20,000 nt of DNA from an uncultured virus (IMG/VR IMGVR_UViG_3300020020_000024) (taxonomy: Duplodnaviria > Heunggongvirae > Uroviricota > Caudoviricetes), in the IMG/VR virus record IMGVR_UViG_3300020020_000024; one strand, given 5' to 3'. Within the stretch, counting starts at the first letter, position 1, and the number at the start of each line of letters is the position of its first letter. This document shows, one piece after another, positions 16,247 to 20,000 of the stretch. A program made the translations under genes and the position numbers. The notes beneath the pieces are model-generated. The model saw only the letters and a program-made list of their open reading frames with translations, was not told the DNA's origin and did no database searches.

Positions 16247-17161
16247 TTAGCTAAATGCTTCACAAGTTTCGACACATCCGTCATTAGTATCTAAATATTC
16301 ATCCCACATACCACCGGCAATATTTACAGGATAAATTATTTTACTTTCATCCTGAGCCTCTACAAACGGGAACTTTGATTCTTCGATTATATCATCAACT
16401 GATCTCTGATCCCTGTAAAATCGGATCGGCAGTTTTGTTTCATCTTTCCTGTGTTGCCTGGATTCGGGGATGTAGTTGCCGTATTTGATTTCCATTTCTC
16501 TCCACCAGTTAGTCAATTTTGGTTCATTCTTGCTAAGTGTCATTAATTTCCTTATTGATTTTTTCCAACACAGGTCGCAGTTACCTTCATAAGATTTCAA
16601 TTCAAGATCAAAAGATTGTTTACTCCAAAATATATTCACATCATTACGGCTAACCTTTTTCAATGTAACAAATGGATAAAAAAGATTTTCTTTTTTTAGA
16701 GTCTCCCAATTAATCCGGGCCGGTTCATCAATTCTATATCCAACCGCAGTAATGTAATCCTGGCCTACCCATGCAATGGATCTAGCGTAAGCCCTGATTG
16801 CTTCCTTTTTTAATTGACGTGAGCAATGTGGATTAGGTTTGTTCGGTATCCCATACTTACTAATCATATCTTCAAACACCTGTCCATCTCTGTTTGCTGT
16901 CTCAAATGAAACTACATTTGCGGTAACACCTTCTCCGAATTTTTGATTTGTAACAGCTTCAATCCAAACAGTATTAAAACCAAAATTCAAATCACAGTTT
17001 CTGACGAATTCTAAGGTTGGTTCTTTCTCTTTTCCGGTATTAGAAAAGACAATTATTATTTCATAGTTATGGCGATCGGGCCACTCATTTAATAACCACC
17101 AAGTCATGTATGCAGAGGTTCTGCCGCCAGAGAAAGATATTAGAAGTTTTTTCTTTTTCAC
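16247..17161 (-). CDS. PAPS-reductase-like PP-loop protein
   Basis: ISFSGGRTSAYM PP-loop, FSNTGKE, CSRQLK, GYRIDE, GNCDLCWKK, C-terminal GCVETCE. Confidence 0.88.
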   Translation of the reverse strand: MKKKKLLISFSGGRTSAYMTWWLLNEWPDRHNYEIIIVFSNTGKEKEPTLEFVRNCDLNFGFNTVWIEAVTNQKFGEGVTANVVSFETANRDGQVFEDMISKYGIPNKPNPHCSRQLKKEAIRAYARSIAWVGQDYITAVGYRIDEPARINWETLKKENLFYPFVTLKKVSRNDVNIFWSKQSFDLELKSYEGNCDLCWKKSIRKLMTLSKNEPKLTNWWREMEIKYGNYIPESRQHRKDETKLPIRFYRDQRSVDDIIEESKFPFVEAQDESKIIYPVNIAGGMWDEYLDTNDGCVETCEAFS

Positions 17162-17177
17162 TAAATATGTATTGTGA

Positions 17178-18050
17178 CTATTTACCTATACTATTTTGAA
17201 TATGACTTAAAATATCCTGAGATGGCCCACAGAATCCATTACATTCCATTAACGGCTCAGACATCCTTCCCTCTATCATTGTAATGTCTTTTACGAAAGG
17301 ATACTCAGGATGCGGTATAAGAAATACAGGTAGTGGTTTCCCACCGTTTTTTAATCGTGCTTCTTTGGACTGATCTTTTAGTATCGTCACAGGAACTCCC
17401 TTTTCATTTGTATATCGATGTTCTCTTATTCCCATGCTTTCAAAGCGGTCAGGGAAATCAACTTTATACTTTTGCCAGTAACCAATACCACCTTGAACAC
17501 ATCCTGTTTTTAAACAGTTATTATTTGAATAGCCCATCTGATAAGATAGGGGAGGAATTATATTGTTTTTTTGTAAGAGTTTTAAGGATTCGGTTTTACT
17601 CATTAGTTCATAGATGATCGGAAATATCGGCTTTGAGTCAGGATAATTTATTCTCAATGCTTTTGCTCGATCAATTTCGTTGATGTCATAACCGAAAGCC
17701 TGGTAGGAATATTTATTCTTATTCTGAAATACTTTCCTTACTTCTCTTTTTAATTCAGTAGAACAGATCGCACCGCCGGCAACAGTAAGTGATAAATAAT
17801 GATCCCACACATCTTCTATATTATCCCATTTGTCGGTACAAATAGTTTCGATTTCTTTTCCATACCAGTTCTCACAATCCTTTTTGAACCTATAAGTATC
17901 ATCATCTTCATTTCTTGTATCAATGAATACGATCCTTACTGAATCCGGGCCGAACCATTCCAGGCACTTCTTACAAGCGATGGCTGAATCACCACCACCA
18001 CTCCACCAACCTATAACTGGATACTCAGGAGTTATTTCAGAAATCACCAT
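17178..18050 (-). CDS. second PAPS-reductase-like PP-loop protein (distinct subfamily)
   Basis: WWSGGGDSAIAC PP-loop, EDDDTYRF, CSTELK, NNNCLKTGCVQGGIGYW, C-terminal ECNGFC. Confidence 0.88.
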   Translation of the reverse strand: MVISEITPEYPVIGWWSGGGDSAIACKKCLEWFGPDSVRIVFIDTRNEDDDTYRFKKDCENWYGKEIETICTDKWDNIEDVWDHYLSLTVAGGAICSTELKREVRKVFQNKNKYSYQAFGYDINEIDRAKALRINYPDSKPIFPIIYELMSKTESLKLLQKNNIIPPLSYQMGYSNNNCLKTGCVQGGIGYWQKYKVDFPDRFESMGIREHRYTNEKGVPVTILKDQSKEARLKNGGKPLPVFLIPHPEYPFVKDITMIEGRMSEPLMECNGFCGPSQDILSHIQNSIGK

Positions 18051-18480
18051 TTGCTATTACATTTAATACTTTCCAGAATGAAGCAGGAAGATGAATGTTG
18101 CTTACATCAATCGCATCGGTAAACAATGGGGCCACCTGTTCAGGTGTATATCGAGCAAGACCGCATCCTATTTCCGGTACAAGAAATGTGTTATGCGGAT
18201 TTGCTTTTGCAAACTGTATAAGGTCTTTTATATACGGCTCTATTTCTTTTAGTGGAAGAATCTTTCTTACTGCGGGGTCATGGCCATGGCGACCGTCTTT
18301 AAAAGGAATGCCATAACTTCTCCCCATCAGTCCGGCAGGTTGTCCATTGATCGCACCAAACTTTTGTTTAGCAGTTAATGCTGCTCCCAGGCCATGACGT
18401 CCGGCCAGGTTTGAGCCGAATACAAATATTTCATTAAGTTTAAGATGATTGACAAATACAGATGTAGTTCTATTTTTCAT
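18037..18480 (-). CDS. macro-domain-like phage protein (A1S_2505-like)
   Basis: EIFVFGSNLAGRHGLGAA...SYGIP...FLVPEIGCGLA motifs. Confidence 0.8.
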   Translation of the reverse strand: MKNRTTSVFVNHLKLNEIFVFGSNLAGRHGLGAALTAKQKFGAINGQPAGLMGRSYGIPFKDGRHGHDPAVRKILPLKEIEPYIKDLIQFAKANPHNTFLVPEIGCGLARYTPEQVAPLFTDAIDVSNIHLPASFWKVLNVIANGDF

Positions 18481-18501
18481 TACGCAGTTATTTTATGAGT
18501 T

Positions 18502-19335
18502 TCAAATATAATGTTTTTTCCTCCCGCTATAATAGAATGGCTTAATGTCGGTTTCTATCTTTTGACCATCAATATATTTCTTCTTTACAACGCCGGTCTT
18601 TACATTGATGTGAGTCTTTGTTACATCGGCACACACAAGTTTTGTAACACTTGAATCATAACCATGTTCTTTAAATAGCCTCTCTACCTTTTCGGCAGCG
18701 TGTTTACTGGATACATATATTCCATCTACCCAAAAGAAAATAAAGTCTTTTCCAATATCCTTCGCAACCGAAGTAAGAATATTTCCAACCTTACTACAAA
18801 TCAAATTCCACAGGAAATTAGTTTCTTCTTGTTCATCGCTAAGTAGCTTCTGCTCTTTGCCATCAAATTGATAAACTGTAACCTTTCTTGCTAATGATCC
18901 GATAGCGGCAAGCCTTGTTTTCTTACTAATCTGTTTTTCATCTTTTCCTTTGTAATAGATCTGATCAGACAGTAATCCCAACCGGTAGGCAGTTTCCCAA
19001 TATGCTGACTTCATATCAACATTGTAAACAGTACGGAAATGCTCTCCTATTTTTATTTGTTTATTATATGCAAAATAAACCGGGGTAGCATTCAATTCCT
19101 GTCGTGTGCAGTTTTGTTGAACAGCATAGTGTAATCCATTATTTAAAACATGATTCTTGACCTGCTTAATAAAATGTAGTTCTCCGGGTGGAAACCTATT
19201 GTTGTTACTACCGCAACTACCTTTGTCGCACCTTACTGTTATTCTATGCAATGAAACAGAATAGGTAAATGGTATCTTATGCTTTAAATATTGCCTTACA
19301 GCATTTCTTACTTTGTTAATCGGTATCAGTATCAT
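18502..19335 (-). CDS. short family-B DNA polymerase palm-like protein
   Basis: Motif A-like NVDMKSAYW, motif B-like KKTRLAAIGSLA, motif C-like FFWVDGIYV; no recognisable exonuclease domain. Confidence 0.55.
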   Translation of the reverse strand: MILIPINKVRNAVRQYLKHKIPFTYSVSLHRITVRCDKGSCGSNNNRFPPGELHFIKQVKNHVLNNGLHYAVQQNCTRQELNATPVYFAYNKQIKIGEHFRTVYNVDMKSAYWETAYRLGLLSDQIYYKGKDEKQISKKTRLAAIGSLARKVTVYQFDGKEQKLLSDEQEETNFLWNLICSKVGNILTSVAKDIGKDFIFFWVDGIYVSSKHAAEKVERLFKEHGYDSSVTKLVCADVTKTHINVKTGVVKKKYIDGQKIETDIKPFYYSGRKKHYI

Positions 19336-20000
19336 AAAATTCAACTTTGTATTTTACAGTATTTGTTTTATAATTTACAAGTTTATGTATTCTTGTATCA
19401 GAGTCCGCATTGAATTGATTGAAGTATTCTTTACCAGCTGCTGAAACTTCTATACGCCTTCCTTCAAGAGCATAACGGTGGCCACCAACTACTACATAAT
19501 CCCATGATCCTACTTTTACATCATCATCAAACGCTCTTACACCTTGCCAGAATGTATATGTTTCAAACAACTCATAGCCTGGATCAATAATTTGCTCAGG
19601 AGTTTTCTCCGGTTTCTCCTTGATCATTTTTCGCTGGCCGGATGCTTCTTCAATTTCTTTTATTTTCATCCTTCTATTAGCCTCAGCTAAACTCAGATCA
19701 CCAATAGCCTTACTGTCCTTTTTCCTCTTAGCAGATTTCAACTTCTTTTTTATAGACGAAAGCTCTCTTTCTAATTTTCGTTTTTCTGCTTTCAGGATCG
19801 GTAACTCTCGATCCAGAGACCTATACTCTGATCTCCTGGAAACAAGATCATTGATTTTTGTTTCAGCAGATGCCTTGTAAGCCTTCAACTCTTTTCTATA
19901 CTTGGCTTTGTAGTATTTGCTTGGAGCAGATTTTATTTTTCTATTCAGCTTATAGATGGGTTGCCTCGTTTGTCTAAGTTCTTTATTGATGGATTTAATA
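19316..20000 (-). CDS. basic coiled-coil protein, 5'-truncated by the window end
   Basis: Manual reading shows the frame stays open from 19888 to the window end (...ISKINKELRQTRQPIYKLNRKIKSAPSKYYKAKYRKELKAYK...). Confidence 0.75.
   Translation of the reverse strand, partial: IKSINKELRQTRQPIYKLNRKIKSAPSKYYKAKYRKELKAYKASAETKINDLVSRRSEYRSLDRELPILKAEKRKLERELSSIKKKLKSAKRKKDSKAIGDLSLAEANRRMKIKEIEEASGQRKMIKEKPEKTPEQIIDPGYELFETYTFWQGVRAFDDDVKVGSWDYVVVGGHRYALEGRRIEVSAAGKEYFNQFNADSDTRIHKLVNYKTNTVKYKVEFYDTDTD

Noticed and set aside
1..20000. Stop-codon reassignment as seen in some Bacteroidota phages
   Set aside because: Recognisable genes are intact and densely packed under the standard code

Overview
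AT-rich, gene-dense segment that looks like a large Bacteroidota-infecting phage or prophage. This is inferred from TAnnTTTG-type promoters, A-rich leaders without Shine-Dalgarno sites, and many short overlapping minus-strand hypothetical genes. It encodes two DNA methyltransferases, an SLT lytic transglycosylase, three virion/fibre-like proteins, a free-standing HNH nuclease, two tandem PAPS-reductase-like proteins, DUF4326-like and macro-like proteins, and a very short PolB-palm-like protein. Three observations stand out. (1) A 341-aa intein in the beta-class methyltransferase has no in-frame nuclease, but its interior carries a complete zinc-finger/HNH endonuclease in the +1 frame. (2) An unannotated tmRNA gene (13740-14049) has an unusually long tag and an atypical T-loop. 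(3) Clusters of short promoter-like/spacer/terminator-hairpin units (7680-8160 on +, 3660-3826 on -, 14050-14330 on +) look like small-RNA arrays, and several spacers resemble the antisense of Bacteroidota translation-start regions. All calls come from reading motifs by eye; no database searches were run.
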